A DNA stretch of 64,000 nucleotides from an uncultured Candidatus Rokubacteria bacterium. GTDB taxonomy: Bacteria > Methylomirabilota > Methylomirabilia > Rokubacteriales > CSP1-6. Of the stretch, positions 37,196 to 47,838 are shown piece by piece; position 1 is the stretch's first letter; every line of letters begins with the position of its first letter. Under the pieces are notes generated by a model. That model had not been told where the DNA came from. It saw only the letters and a program-made list of their open reading frames with translations, and did no database searches. Made by a program: the position numbers and the translations under genes. The stretch covers positions 288,001 through 352,000 of the forward strand of contig CAVXJS010000014.1 of the NCBI GenBank assembly GCA_963762145.1. Direction: 5' to 3'.

Positions 37196-38251
37196 CTAGG
37201 CGCCGGGCACCGCCTGGCCACAGGCCGAGCAGAAGCGCGCGCCGGCCGGCAGATCGGCCTGACAGCGCGCGCACCGCGTGGCCGTCGAGAGCTGGCGACC
37301 GCAGCGCGCGCAGAAGCGGCTGTCCGCCGCGACCGCCGACTGGCAGCCCGGGCAGCTCACGGTCGCCATCGCGGCGCCCGCCGGATCGGCGCCGAGGCTC
37401 TTCGCGAGCATGCCCGGCATCATCATGCCGAGCCCCGCGCCGACGCCCACGCCCACCCCGGCGGCCGCGCCGCCGTCCAGCCCGCCCCCGTGGCCCTGGG
37501 CCGCGTCGCCCATGGCCTTGGCCGCCTTGAACTTGAGGAAGCGGTCGAGATCGCCGACCGCGCCCATGCTCGAACGCTCGTCGATCATCCGCTCCACGTC
37601 CTCGGGCGGCGTGATGCGGTTGATGTAGAAGTCCACCATCTCGGTCCCGTACTTGCGGAACTCGTCGGCCAGCCGGGTCTTGAGCGCCACCGCCATCTCG
37701 TCGTACTGCCGCGGCAGCTCGATCAGGCTCTGCACGGTCTCGCCGAGGAAGTCGTTGAGGCGGGCCACGATGACTTCCCGCAGGTAGTCCTCGATCTGGT
37801 CCGTGGTGTAGCTGCCCTGTGTCCCCACCAGGCTGTTGACGAAGAGGAGCGGCTGGGTGACGCGCATGGTGAAGCTGCCGAAGGCGCGCAGGCGGATCAG
37901 GCCGAGCTGGCTGTCCTTGAAGGCCACCGGATCGCGCGTGCCCCAGCGCATGTTGGTGAAGACCTTCAGGTTGACGAAGTAGACCTCGGCGCGGAACGGG
38001 CTCTGGAAGCCCCACGGCAGCGAGAGGAGCCGGGTCAGGATCGGGAGGTTCTGGGTGGAGAGCGTGTGGCGGCCGGGCCCGAACGCGTCGAGCGCCTGGC
38101 CGTCGCGGAAGAACACCGCGGCCTGGTTCTCGCGGACGATGAGCTGGGCGCCCATCTTGATGTCGCCCGACCCCTCCTCCGGGTACCGCTGGACGATGGC
38201 GGTGCCGGTCTGGTCGAACCACTCGATGACTTCCATCATGATCGGTGACAT
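37196..38251 (-). CDS. SPFH (Band_7_1/YdjI-like) protein with C-terminal double zinc ribbon
   Basis: GAQLIVRENQAAVF, GPGRHTLSTQNLP, SPFRAEVYFVN, WGT; CPGC..FCARC..CARC..FCSAC. Confidence 0.9.
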   Translation of the reverse strand: MSPIMMEVIEWFDQTGTAIVQRYPEEGSGDIKMGAQLIVRENQAAVFFRDGQALDAFGPGRHTLSTQNLPILTRLLSLPWGFQSPFRAEVYFVNLKVFTNMRWGTRDPVAFKDSQLGLIRLRAFGSFTMRVTQPLLFVNSLVGTQGSYTTDQIEDYLREVIVARLNDFLGETVQSLIELPRQYDEMAVALKTRLADEFRKYGTEMVDFYINRITPPEDVERMIDERSSMGAVGDLDRFLKFKAAKAMGDAAQGHGGGLDGGAAAGVGVGVGAGLGMMMPGMLAKSLGADPAGAAMATVSCPGCQSAVAADSRFCARCGRQLSTATRCARCQADLPAGARFCSACGQAVPGA

Positions 38252-38265
38252 GGCGTTGGTCCGTC

Positions 38266-38769
38266 CTAGTCCGCGTCGACGATGCGCCGGCGCTGGTCGA
38301 AGAGCTCCGCGAAATCGTCCAGCGCTTCCCGCATGTGCTCGACCGCGCTCCGGAGGCCCTCCGGATCGGGGAGCGCGGCGCGCACCGCCTCGGCCTTGGC
38401 CCGCACCGCGCTCAGCGCGTCGAAGAGCCCGAGATCGAAGGCGTAGAGCTGGGCGAGGGTGTCGCCGTCCACGGTGTGGAGATCGAAGAGACCGGCGTAG
38501 CCGCGGCCCGCGAACTCCACGGTGCGGCCGATGCGCTCGAGGCGTCCCGCGAGCCGGTCGAGGCGCGGCAGCGAAGAGAGGTCGCCCGAGCCCGCGATGC
38601 GCTCCTTGTCCTCCTCGAGGCCCTGGATGAGCCGTTGGATCTCGCCCACCAGCCGCATCCGGACCTGCTTGTCGGTGGCGCGGGAATTCTCCCGGTCCTG
38701 GTAGCCCGCGACCCCCGGAACGAACCGGACCAGCCGCTCCAGCCTCTTCGCGACGGTAACTCCGCCCAT
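38266..38769 (-). CDS. Conserved helical hypothetical protein
   Basis: LERLVRFVPGVAGYQDRENSRATDKQVR...GYAGLFD; AGAGGAGG RBS. Confidence 0.7.
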   Translation of the reverse strand: MGGVTVAKRLERLVRFVPGVAGYQDRENSRATDKQVRMRLVGEIQRLIQGLEEDKERIAGSGDLSSLPRLDRLAGRLERIGRTVEFAGRGYAGLFDLHTVDGDTLAQLYAFDLGLFDALSAVRAKAEAVRAALPDPEGLRSAVEHMREALDDFAELFDQRRRIVDAD

Positions 38770-38912
38770 TGCCTGCCTCCTCTTGTTACTCGCCGGTGTG
38801 CCCGGCCGAGGGCACGAGGGTGCAAGCGGATTGCCAGTGGAGTTGATTCAGAAGCTACTGGAAAATCGGGGAAGAACGGCGACCATGCGATGGCCACCGT
38901 GGCCAGCCTGTG

Positions 38913-40103
38913 TCAGTCTGCTGACACTTCTTGGCGGGCCTCCAGTAGAGCCTCGCTCGATCCGGCACGGCGACGCCAGGCCCTGAAGCGCCGCCAGGCC
39001 AGCGCGATCCCGGTCCAGACCAGCATCGCTCCGCCCGCCGAGGCCAGGCCGGCGATCGCCTGCCCCGGCAGACCACCCGCCTCCCCGGTATGGAGGGGGC
39101 GGACCCAGGCCCGCAGCCGCCGGCCCATGTTCTGCCCCGTGAAGGGCTCCCACTTGACCACGTCCGCGGTGACCGGATCGAGCACGAGCTGGGAGCGGGG
39201 GGCGGGATGCCAGCCGATCGGCTCCTGGATGAAGAAGGTCACCGGCGCATCGGCCCGCTGCGGCAGCCGGGCATTGATGGCGATCCAGCCGGGGACCTGC
39301 CGCTCGGCGCGGGACCAGAGCGCATCGAGGCTCCCGGCCGCGCGTCCGGTCCCGGCCGCCGATGGGCGCGGACCTCGCTCGCCCTCGCGCGCGGGCTGGG
39401 AGCCCGCGGCGGGGGGCGGCGGCGGGGGCCCGTTGCCGGTGAGGGTGTAGAGGAGGTTGTTGGCCGACTGGTAGGACATGACCGCGCCGGTGAGCGTCAG
39501 GATCAGGAGCACGGGCGCGCACCAGATCCCGATCACGTTGTGCCAGTTGAAGTCGCGCGCGCGGCCACCCAGGCCGCCGCGGAAGAGCGTGACCGCGCGC
39601 ACGGTCTCCCGCGTCCACCGCCGCGGCCACCAGAGATAGACCCCGAGCACCACGAGGCCGAGGAAGCCCAGGTTGGCGGCGCCGGTAACCGGCCGGAGGT
39701 TGTCGCGCGACCCGAGCCAGCGATGCCACTCGACCACCTCGTGCAGCGCGTCGTGCACCGGCGAGAGGCCGCCCAGCACCACGCCGCGGTACTGGTCCAC
39801 GAAGAGCGCGCCGCCCTCGCGCCCGAAGCTCACCACCGCGGACGCGCTCGGGTCGGCGCGCAGCGTGAGCGCGGTGGGGCGCACGTCCGGCCGCGCCTCG
39901 CGCGCCTTGGCCAGGATCGCTTCCGCGGAGAGCGGACGCGCGTCGGGGGGCGGCGTGATGATCCGGCGATCCCGCTCGAGCCAGTCGGTGATCTGGGGCT
40001 CGAAGGCCAGGATCACGCCCGTGACCGACATGAACAGGATCACCGCGCCGGCGGTGACACCCACCAGCAAGTGCAGCCAGAAGACGAGCGTGCGCAGCGA
40101 CAT
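38913..40103 (-). CDS. PepSY-associated TM helix domain protein (PiuB-like)
   Basis: FWLHLLVG, MSVTG, EWHRWL, NWHNVIG, PLHTGE. Confidence 0.9.
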   Translation of the reverse strand: MSLRTLVFWLHLLVGVTAGAVILFMSVTGVILAFEPQITDWLERDRRIITPPPDARPLSAEAILAKAREARPDVRPTALTLRADPSASAVVSFGREGGALFVDQYRGVVLGGLSPVHDALHEVVEWHRWLGSRDNLRPVTGAANLGFLGLVVLGVYLWWPRRWTRETVRAVTLFRGGLGGRARDFNWHNVIGIWCAPVLLILTLTGAVMSYQSANNLLYTLTGNGPPPPPPAAGSQPAREGERGPRPSAAGTGRAAGSLDALWSRAERQVPGWIAINARLPQRADAPVTFFIQEPIGWHPAPRSQLVLDPVTADVVKWEPFTGQNMGRRLRAWVRPLHTGEAGGLPGQAIAGLASAGGAMLVWTGIALAWRRFRAWRRRAGSSEALLEARQEVSAD

Positions 40104-40113
40104 GCGGATCGCG

Positions 40114-40962
40114 CTAGTAACGGCGGGGGACCGCCTGGCCGGGGGTGCTGCCCGGCATGGCCTTGTCGGGCGCGGTGCCGGTGCTCGGCCCCTTCATGGC
40201 CTCGCGGACCTTCGCCATCTCCTTCTGCGCGGGCTCCTTCGTCTCGCCGTGCTGCGCGGCCCGCTCGTAGGCCTGGAGCGCCCCCGGCAGGTCGTTCAGG
40301 CGGGTGCGCACCACGCCCAGGTTGAACCACGTGCGTCCCTCGTCGCGCAGCGCGGCCGCGCGGGTGAAGTTCTTCTCGGCCGCGGGCAGATCGTTCTTCT
40401 CGTACGCGACGCGGGCGAGGGTGGCCCACACCTCGGGCGCCTTGGAGTCGCGCTCGGCCAGGGTCTGCAGCTGGGTCATCGCGCGCGGCTGCTGGTTCGC
40501 CTTGATGAGCAGAAAGGCCAGGCGCATGCGGAGATCGTCCTGGTCGCGCAGGGCGATGGCGGCCTCGTACTCCCGCGCCGCGTCGTCCACGCGGTTGAGC
40601 TGCTCGTAGGCGCCCCCGAGGTCACGGTGACCCGCGAACGAGCCGGGGTAGAGCTCGACCACCTTGCCGAACGCGGTCGTCGCCTCGTCCCAGCTCGACT
40701 GGAACATGGCGGCCTGGCCGCGAAGGTAGTAGGCGAGCACGTGCGTCGGCTGTTGCGCGATGGCCTGCCCGGTCAGGGTGCTGACCTTGGCGTAGTCCTT
40801 CTTGTCCATGGCCTCGACGGCCTGCCGGTAGAGGGCGAACGCCGGATCGTCCCAGATGCCCTGGGCCCGAGCGGTCCCGGCGCTGGCGATGGCGCAGAAT
40901 GCGAGACCCAGCGCGGTCCAGTGATGGCCGCGGGGCCCTCGCGGAGTGCGAGGGACATTCAA
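40114..40962 (-). CDS. Periplasmic tetratricopeptide repeat protein
   Basis: Signal peptide and multiple TPRs (AYYLRGQA, TWFNLGVV); TTG start overlapping the tonB stop. Confidence 0.8.
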   Translation of the reverse strand: MNVPRTPRGPRGHHWTALGLAFCAIASAGTARAQGIWDDPAFALYRQAVEAMDKKDYAKVSTLTGQAIAQQPTHVLAYYLRGQAAMFQSSWDEATTAFGKVVELYPGSFAGHRDLGGAYEQLNRVDDAAREYEAAIALRDQDDLRMRLAFLLIKANQQPRAMTQLQTLAERDSKAPEVWATLARVAYEKNDLPAAEKNFTRAAALRDEGRTWFNLGVVRTRLNDLPGALQAYERAAQHGETKEPAQKEMAKVREAMKGPSTGTAPDKAMPGSTPGQAVPRRY

Positions 40963-41720
40963 TGGGCGTGCAGCTCGAAGCGTACCGGCAAGATGACCCA
41001 TACGGCGACTGCCTCCTTTCCTCGGCGAGCGGGCTCGAAGAGCCAGGTCCTGATCGCCTCGATGGCGGCGCGATCGAGATCCAGGCGCCCCGCGGAGCGC
41101 TGCACCTGCACGGTGCCGACCTTTCCGGTCGCGAGCACCTCGAAGCGAAGCGTGACGGTCCCTTCGGCGCCCTCACGTCGAGCCGCCTCCGGGTAGTGGG
41201 GGGTCGTTTGATAGCCGCCCAGCGGGCGGGCGAGCGACGTCACGCCCTCCCCGGAGCCGCTGGCGACCCCGGTGCCGACGCGCGGGCTGCCGCTCGGCGC
41301 GCCCGGGATGTCGGGGGAGGGCAGCAGGAGCCCACCCGCGCCGGCGGGGCCCGGGATGGGCAGGGCCGGACCCGGAGCCTCGGCCGACGCCATGTAGCGC
41401 CGGTCGGGTGAGGCGGTCGCCGGGTCCGGCGTGCGCGGACGAGGCGTCGGATCCTGCAACAGGTTCTGCAGCGGGGTGGCGCGGGTCACGCGGTTCGGCT
41501 GCGAGACCTGGCGCGGCGGCATCTTCGGCTTCTCGGGCGGGGCGGGCGGCGGCGGCTCCACGCGGACCATCTCGACCGGCACGAGCACGCGCTCGGGCTC
41601 GTGGCGCGCGACAGCCACCACCGAGGACACCGCCACGAGGCTCACCGCGTGGATGCCTACCGAGAGCCAGATCGGCCAGCCCGCCAGTCGTCCGTCGATC
41701 ATCGCGGCGTGTCTCCTCAT
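40959..41720 (-). CDS. tonB: Energy transducer TonB
   Basis: TM SVGIHAV, Pro-rich linker, [16 protein letters not shown]...[17 protein letters not shown]. Confidence 0.9.
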   Translation of the reverse strand: MRRHAAMIDGRLAGWPIWLSVGIHAVSLVAVSSVVAVARHEPERVLVPVEMVRVEPPPPAPPEKPKMPPRQVSQPNRVTRATPLQNLLQDPTPRPRTPDPATASPDRRYMASAEAPGPALPIPGPAGAGGLLLPSPDIPGAPSGSPRVGTGVASGSGEGVTSLARPLGGYQTTPHYPEAARREGAEGTVTLRFEVLATGKVGTVQVQRSAGRLDLDRAAIEAIRTWLFEPARRGKEAVAVWVILPVRFELHAH

Positions 41721-42397
41721 GTCTCGGAGCATCGGCGCAGCAGGTTGTGGTAGCAGCTCGTGAGCGCGACGATCCCCGGATTGTCTGGCGCATGCTCGCT
41801 GACCCGGCTGATCGCCATGTCGAGATCGAACAGCAGCGACCGTTCCCCGTCGTCGCGCACCATGCTCTGCACCCAGAAGATGGACGCGAGCCGCACCCCG
41901 CGGGTGACCGGGGTCACCCGGTGGAGGCTCGAGGCCGGGTAGAGGATCATGTCGCCGGCGGGCAGCTTGACCGAGTGCGCGCCGTAGGTGTCGTCCACCA
42001 CGAGCTCGCCGCCGTCGTACTCCTCGGGCCGGCTCAGGAACACCGTGGCGGACAGGTCGGTGCGGACCCGCAGCGGCGAGGTCGGGAGCTCGCGGATCGC
42101 GTTGTCGACGTGGGCGCCGAAGGCCATGCCCGGCTCGTAGCGGTTGAAGAGGGGAGGGAAGACCCGCAGGGGGAGCGCGGCCGCCATGAAGAGCGGCGTC
42201 CGCTCGAGCGCGGACACGATGACGTTGCCCATCTCGCGCGCTTCGGGCGTGGCCTCGTCCACCTGCCGGTTGTGCTTGACCCGGGCCGCCAGGTGGCCGG
42301 ACGTCTCCCGACCGTCCACCCACTTGGCGTCCTCCAGGAGCGCGCGGCAGTGCGCGACCTGTGCTTCGGTCAAGACCCGGGGAATGTGCAGGAGCAT
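41717..42397 (-). CDS. piuC: Fe(II)/2-oxoglutarate dioxygenase PiuC/YbiX
   Basis: [48 protein letters not shown]. Confidence 0.93.
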   Translation of the reverse strand: MLLHIPRVLTEAQVAHCRALLEDAKWVDGRETSGHLAARVKHNRQVDEATPEAREMGNVIVSALERTPLFMAAALPLRVFPPLFNRYEPGMAFGAHVDNAIRELPTSPLRVRTDLSATVFLSRPEEYDGGELVVDDTYGAHSVKLPAGDMILYPASSLHRVTPVTRGVRLASIFWVQSMVRDDGERSLLFDLDMAISRVSEHAPDNPGIVALTSCYHNLLRRCSET

Positions 42398-42405
42398 CGA
42401 GCGGC

Positions 42406-44598
42406 TCAGAACCTCCAGGTGCCGGTGAACAGGAAGGTGCGGGCGTTGCCCGGGATGACGTGGCCCGGGTGGATGGCGTCGAAGTACTGGGCGTCCGAGA
42501 TGTTGATCACGTTCAGGCGCAGCTCGAGCGGCCTGATCGGCTTGTAGCCGATCATCACGTCGCCGCGCACGTAGGACGGCACCACGTTGAGGTTGTCGTT
42601 GTTGGCGTAGCGCTTGTCGATGAAGTTCGCGCCGCCGCCCACCTGCCACTGCGCGGTGATGTCGTAGGTCGTCCACACGCTCGCCGAGCTCTCCGGCACG
42701 TTGGCGATCCGCTTGCCCTCGATCGGGACTCCGTTCTGGATGTCCTGCGAGGCGAGGATCCGCGAGTCGAGGTACGCGTAGGCGAGCCAGATGTTCCAGT
42801 TCCTCATGATCTGTCCCACCACCTCGACCTCGAAGCCCCGCACCCGCTGCCGGCCGTCGGTCACCTGGATGCCCAGGACCGGATCGGTGGTGCGGGCGTT
42901 GCGCTTGTAGGTCTCGAAGACCGCGGTGCGGACGCCGAGCGCTCCGTTGAAGAAGTCCCACTTGGCGCCCAGCTCGTACGTCTCGTTGGTCTCGGGGTCG
43001 GTCTGGGCGTTGTTCAGGGCGAGGGTGAGCGCCTCGGCCGAGGGGTTGAACGACTGACCCCAGGAGAAGTAGTAGGTCTGGCTCGGGGTGGGCAGGACGA
43101 TCAGGGCCGCCCGCGGGCTCAGCTGCTCGTCGTTCCGCGACAGCTCCTGGGCCGCGAAGCGGTTCCGCCAGTGGGCGTCGAACATGTCGTAGCGGAGCCC
43201 GCCCATGATCTTGAGCCATTCGGTGATCGCCATCTCGTCGACCGCGTAGACGCCGACGCTCGTCGCGTGGGAGGAGCCGTTGAAGTTCTTGACCCGGCTC
43301 ATGGTGGAGAGGTTCGGGTACGAGAACGGATTCACCAGCGTGGTGGGCGGCACGCCGGTGAACGTGTAGCGCTGCACTTCCTGGGTCTCGTAGGACGCGT
43401 CGACACCGCCCACCAGGGTGTGCTTGAACTGCCCCGTCTCGAACTTCGCCACCACCTCCGCGTTGTTGAGCACGTACTGGTCCAGCTGGGCCCGCTGGGT
43501 CCCGGTGCGGGTGACCTGGATCTGGTTCAGGGGCAGGGTGGTGAACGAGCCGCCCACGATGGCCGGGATCGACACGAGCGAGCCGCGGTCGAGGTTGGCC
43601 AGCCGCAGGGTGTTGCGGAAACGGATGTTCTCGTTGAAGTCGTGCTCGAAGCGGATCGTGCCGATGCTGACGTCGTCGTGCTCGTAGTCGCGGTTGGGCA
43701 GACCGTAGAAGTTCGCGTTGCGGACCGGCGCCGGCTCGCCCCGGAGATAGGGCAGGCCGTAGTCGGGGAGGTTGTCGTCCCCCTGGTAGAAGAAGCTGAA
43801 GATCAGCCGGGTCGGCCCGTTGAGCCCGATCGCGAACGAGGGCGCCACCCCCCACGTCTCGGTGTTGACCTCGTCGCGCCCGGGCGTGTCGCCCTTCGTG
43901 TACAGCAGGTTCAGCCGGCCGGCCGCGGAGGGGCCGAAGGGCTGGTTGATGTCCACGGTGGCGCGTCCCATGGGCCCGGAGCCCACCGTCCCGCTGACCT
44001 CGTAGAACGGGGTGAGCTTCGGCGACTTGCTCACCTGGTTGATGACGCCGCCGGTCGAGCCGCGGCCGAACAGCACCGAGGACGGACCCCGCAGCACCTC
44101 GACCGCCTCGAGGTTGAAGGTATCGCGCGGGTACTGTCCCAGATCGCGCACGCCGTCGAGGTAGATGTCGTTGCCGGCGTTGAAGCCCCGCAGCGTCAGG
44201 TTGTCGCCCTGGCGCCCGCCGCCCTCGCCCGCGGCCAGGCTGATGCCGGGCACGGTGCGGAGGGCATCGCGGAGGCTGAAGAACCCCCGCTCCTCGAGCA
44301 GCTTCTCGGGGATGATCGTGATGGACTGCGGGGTGTCCTGGATCGGGTCCGGCAGCTTGTACATGCTCGGCTCTTCGATCTTGTACTGGTTGCGCTGACC
44401 CTGGACGTTCACTCCCGGCATCGAGACGTCGTCCTTGCCGTCGCTCGGCTTCGATTCGGGGGACGGCGTCTGTCCCCAGGCCGAGGTGGCAGCGAGCGCC
44501 AGACCCATGCCGACGGTGGAGCCGAACAACCGGGTGAACGGAATCCTGCGCCGACTGGCGCGCTTGATGTTCCTGACGAATGCTCGACGGCGACCCAT
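42406..44598 (-). CDS. TonB-dependent siderophore receptor (Fiu/PiuA-like)
   Basis: [13 protein letters not shown]...[28 protein letters not shown]-terminal TWRF. Confidence 0.93.
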   Translation of the reverse strand: MGRRRAFVRNIKRASRRRIPFTRLFGSTVGMGLALAATSAWGQTPSPESKPSDGKDDVSMPGVNVQGQRNQYKIEEPSMYKLPDPIQDTPQSITIIPEKLLEERGFFSLRDALRTVPGISLAAGEGGGRQGDNLTLRGFNAGNDIYLDGVRDLGQYPRDTFNLEAVEVLRGPSSVLFGRGSTGGVINQVSKSPKLTPFYEVSGTVGSGPMGRATVDINQPFGPSAAGRLNLLYTKGDTPGRDEVNTETWGVAPSFAIGLNGPTRLIFSFFYQGDDNLPDYGLPYLRGEPAPVRNANFYGLPNRDYEHDDVSIGTIRFEHDFNENIRFRNTLRLANLDRGSLVSIPAIVGGSFTTLPLNQIQVTRTGTQRAQLDQYVLNNAEVVAKFETGQFKHTLVGGVDASYETQEVQRYTFTGVPPTTLVNPFSYPNLSTMSRVKNFNGSSHATSVGVYAVDEMAITEWLKIMGGLRYDMFDAHWRNRFAAQELSRNDEQLSPRAALIVLPTPSQTYYFSWGQSFNPSAEALTLALNNAQTDPETNETYELGAKWDFFNGALGVRTAVFETYKRNARTTDPVLGIQVTDGRQRVRGFEVEVVGQIMRNWNIWLAYAYLDSRILASQDIQNGVPIEGKRIANVPESSASVWTTYDITAQWQVGGGANFIDKRYANNDNLNVVPSYVRGDVMIGYKPIRPLELRLNVINISDAQYFDAIHPGHVIPGNARTFLFTGTWRF

Positions 44599-44707
44599 GT
44601 GCGATGCCTCCCGGGAAAAGGTCACTGACCGGGCTGGCTAGCTTGGGTCGCGAAACCGGGGGCTGGCTAGCGAATCGTTTGGGCGGGGTCCTCGCGCTCG
44701 GGATCCG

Positions 44708-44736
44708 GCCCGCCCCGGTCCACGACCGGGGCGGGC
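44708..44736. other. Perfect 13-bp GC hairpin in the receptor upstream region
   Basis: GCCCGCCCCGGTC-CAC-GACCGGGGCGGGC. Confidence 0.6.
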
Positions 44737-44774
44737 ATTAGGTAAACCTAATGAAGAAGGGTTGCCAACCCTAA
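44736..44774. promoter_or_regulatory. Tandem palindromic operator, DtxR/MntR-box-like
   Basis: CATTAGGT-AA-ACCTAATG and AGGGTTG-C-CAACCCT upstream of the iron-uptake operon. Confidence 0.65.
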
Positions 44775-44811
44775 CTTCCGGCGGGTTCCGCCGGGTGGTG
44801 GTCGGAGGCTC

Positions 44812-46512
44812 CTAGCCGGGGAAATCCCGCAGGAGCCGGCCCGGCCGGCCGCAGCTGGCGATCACGCCCCGCTTGTCGGCGGTCCGGACCCCGTTGACCC
44901 AGACCCCGTGGAGACCCACGGCGGGCGTGTCGAGCCGGCTGGCCCCGGTAGGCAGGTCGTTCACGCGCCGCTTGCCTCCCCGGCCGACCGTCTTGGGGTC
45001 GAAGAGCATGAGGTCGGCCCAGGCGCCGGTCTGGAGCCGGCCCCGGTCCTGGATGCGGTAGGCGTCGGCCACCGCGCTGGTCACCGCCCGCACCGCCTGC
45101 TCGAGGGTCAGGTCGCCACGCTCCCGTGCCCAGTGCCCGAAGAGGTGCAGGCCGAAGCCGGCGTCGCAGAGGAACGAGAGATGCGCGCCCGCGTCGGACA
45201 GGGCCACCGCGGCGTGCGGATGGCGCAGCAGCCGCTTCACCTCGGTCTCGTCGATGTTGAAGAGACGGCAGTCGAACATGGCGTCGAGCTCACCGTCGAG
45301 GCCGAAATCGAGAAAGGTGTCCCACGGGTGCTGCCCGCGCTCGCGGGCCAGCGCGCCGATGGTCTGGCCCTCGAGGGCGCGGTGCTCCGGACGCTGCACC
45401 TCCGCGATCGTCAGGTGGTCCCAGTTCTTGTCGCTGAAGCGGTTCGGCACGCCCGGCTGGCCGATCTCCTTCTTCAGCGCGGCGCGGAACGACGGATCCG
45501 CCAGCACCGCCCGGTAGCGCGCTTCCTCGGCGGCCTCGATGGCGGGGCGCCAGGCGATGAAGGCCTCGAGCGGGTAGGGGTGCCGGAGCGTGAACTCCAT
45601 GCCGAGCGGGAAGCATCCCACCTGCGCCCACAGCTCGCGCCCGCGGCTCCGCGCGGCCTCGATCTCCCCCAGCTCGCGGAACACGCGGGTCGGATCGCCC
45701 GGGTCCACGAACATGGCCGCGATCATCACCGGCCGCCGGGTGGCCGCGGCGATACCCTCGAGCCACGGCACGGTGGAAGTCGAGCCCTTGGTGAGCATGA
45801 AGACGCCGCGCCCGACCTCGCCGAGCGCGCCGGTGAGCGCCGCCATCTCCCGCTCGTCGGCCAGCCGCGAGGGCATCGGGATGCCGTGCTCGCCGTTGTG
45901 CTGCTCGAGCGTGGAGGTGGCGAAGCCGATGGCGCCGGCCCGCAGCGCCTCCAGCACGATCCGCCGCATCTCCGCGATCTCGGCGTCGGTGGCCGTGCGC
46001 TTGCTGGCCTCCTCGCCGAGCACGTAGGTGCGCACCGAGGAGTGGCCGACGAACGAGGCCACGTTGGGCACGAGCCCGCGGCGCTCGAGCGAAGCGAGAT
46101 ACTCGGGATAGCTCTCGAAGTCCCACTGGATGCCCGCGCGCATGGCCTCGAGCGACATGCCCTCCACGTGGGTGAGGTTGCGCACGACGAGATCGCGGTT
46201 GGCGGGGCGGCACGGCGCGATCGTGAAGCCGCAGTTGCCGATCACCACCGTGGTCACGCCGAGGGAGGTCGAGGGGGTCGCGAAGGGGTCCCAGGTGAGC
46301 TGGGCGTCGTAGTGGGTGTGCAGGTCCACGATGCCGGGCGCCAGCACGAGGCCGCCCGCGTCCACCCGCTCTCGCGCGGCGCCGAGATCGCCGCCCCGGC
46401 GGTCGGCGCTGATCGCGGCGATGCGGCCGTCCCGGACCGCGAGGCTGCCGTCCCGCGCGGGCGTGCCGAGACCGTCGATGAGGCGGGCGTTGTCGATGAC
46501 GAGATCGTGCAC
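44812..46512 (-). CDS. Amidohydrolase (N-acyl-D-amino acid deacylase family)
   Basis: APGIVDLHTHYD, GNCGF, SDAGAH, DRGRL...ADL. Confidence 0.9.
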   Translation of the reverse strand: MHDLVIDNARLIDGLGTPARDGSLAVRDGRIAAISADRRGGDLGAARERVDAGGLVLAPGIVDLHTHYDAQLTWDPFATPSTSLGVTTVVIGNCGFTIAPCRPANRDLVVRNLTHVEGMSLEAMRAGIQWDFESYPEYLASLERRGLVPNVASFVGHSSVRTYVLGEEASKRTATDAEIAEMRRIVLEALRAGAIGFATSTLEQHNGEHGIPMPSRLADEREMAALTGALGEVGRGVFMLTKGSTSTVPWLEGIAAATRRPVMIAAMFVDPGDPTRVFRELGEIEAARSRGRELWAQVGCFPLGMEFTLRHPYPLEAFIAWRPAIEAAEEARYRAVLADPSFRAALKKEIGQPGVPNRFSDKNWDHLTIAEVQRPEHRALEGQTIGALARERGQHPWDTFLDFGLDGELDAMFDCRLFNIDETEVKRLLRHPHAAVALSDAGAHLSFLCDAGFGLHLFGHWARERGDLTLEQAVRAVTSAVADAYRIQDRGRLQTGAWADLMLFDPKTVGRGGKRRVNDLPTGASRLDTPAVGLHGVWVNGVRTADKRGVIASCGRPGRLLRDFPG

Positions 46513-46576
46513 GGGGAGGCCTCCTGGGGTCGTGGGGTGCCTGACCGCCCGAGGCTAGCCCGGGGGTGGAGGTGAG

Positions 46577-47770
46577 TCAACCGGTCCGCAGCGCCTCCGT
46601 GACCGGGATGCGCGCCGCCCGCACCGCGGGCAGGAGCCCGCCGGCCAGGCCGATGACCAGCGCCCAGGTGAGCCCGCGAAGGAGCAGGCCCGGTGTCACG
46701 CGGAAGTCGAAGGCCACCTGCGAGAACGTGTTGAAGTTGAGCGTGGAGAGCGAGGCGCCGTCGCAGTAGACGTAGGCGAGGCCCCCGCCCACCGCTCCGC
46801 CCAGGAGCGACAGCACGAGGGCCTCGATCATCACCGAGATGACGACCGGCGCGCCCCCGAAGCCAATGGCGCGCAGGGTCGCGATCTCCACCTGGCGGCT
46901 CGCGATCGCAGAGTACATGCAGTTGAGCGCGCCGAAGGTGGCGCCCACCGCCATGAAGGCGGCCACGGTGTAACCCAGCACGTTGATGAGATCGGAGAGC
47001 ACGGTGGCCTGCTTGGCGTAGTACTCGGGCTCGCGCAGCACGCTGATGGAGAAGCGGGGATCGCGGCTGACCGAGTCGCGGAAGGCGGCGAGGCCCGCGT
47101 CCGAGCCATCCGCGAGCCGGGCCGTCACCGACTGGTAGCCGGTGCGCCGGAAGGCGGACATGGCCACCTCGGCGTCGGCCCAGATCTCGGACTCGTGCAC
47201 GTCGCCCCCGCTCGCGAAGATGCCGACCACCGTCCAGTCGCTGTCCCGGAAGGCGATGCGCGAGCCGACCGAGAGGCCCGCGAACTGTGCGGCCGCCTTG
47301 CGGCCCACCACGACCTCGCGGACGCCGGGCTCGAAGCGCCGGCCCTCCACGAGGCGCGCCTCGTCCCGGATGTCGAACGCGGCGCGCTGCACGCCGCGAA
47401 AGGGCACGTTGTTGGGGTGGCTCTCGCCCTTGCGCGGCAGATCCACCATCACCACCAGCTCCGCGGAGGCGAGCGGGCGCCCGGCCGCGTCTCGGGCCAC
47501 GCCGGGCTGGGCCGCCAGCAGAATGGCCTGGTCGCGACCGACGCCGCTCGAGAGCTCCGCGTCGGACCCCGCACGCAGCATGATCACGCGATCCCCGCGC
47601 CCGGTGCTGGCCAGCGTGTGGCGAAAGCCCTCCGACATCGCCAGCACCGATACGAGAACCCCCACGACTCCCGCGATGCCCACGACAACCACGAGCGACG
47701 TGCCGATACGCGAGGGCAGGTTGCGTAGGTTCATGAGCGTGATGGCCGCGATCTGGGTCAGCGTGCGCAT
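46577..47770 (-). CDS. MacB/FtsX-type ABC permease
   Basis: TM - large periplasmic domain - 3 TM; EIATLRAIGF. Confidence 0.9.
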   Translation of the reverse strand: MRTLTQIAAITLMNLRNLPSRIGTSLVVVVGIAGVVGVLVSVLAMSEGFRHTLASTGRGDRVIMLRAGSDAELSSGVGRDQAILLAAQPGVARDAAGRPLASAELVVMVDLPRKGESHPNNVPFRGVQRAAFDIRDEARLVEGRRFEPGVREVVVGRKAAAQFAGLSVGSRIAFRDSDWTVVGIFASGGDVHESEIWADAEVAMSAFRRTGYQSVTARLADGSDAGLAAFRDSVSRDPRFSISVLREPEYYAKQATVLSDLINVLGYTVAAFMAVGATFGALNCMYSAIASRQVEIATLRAIGFGGAPVVISVMIEALVLSLLGGAVGGGLAYVYCDGASLSTLNFNTFSQVAFDFRVTPGLLLRGLTWALVIGLAGGLLPAVRAARIPVTEALRTG

Positions 47771-47838
47771 CAAGTGGACCTGTGGTAGACGGACGTCCGC
47801 TCGCAGACCGGAACCGGCCACGCGCAAATGAATGATGC

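Noticed and set aside
35643-38222. 859-aa ORF suggesting an SPFH-Zn-ribbon fusion
   Set aside because: The upstream part is off-frame over the SPFH gene; the real protein starts at 37151.
44600-44736. Cobalamin or other riboswitch upstream of the TonB receptor
   Set aside because: No B12-box or other aptamer consensus recognised, and the piuC context points to iron; an Rfam/Infernal scan would settle it.
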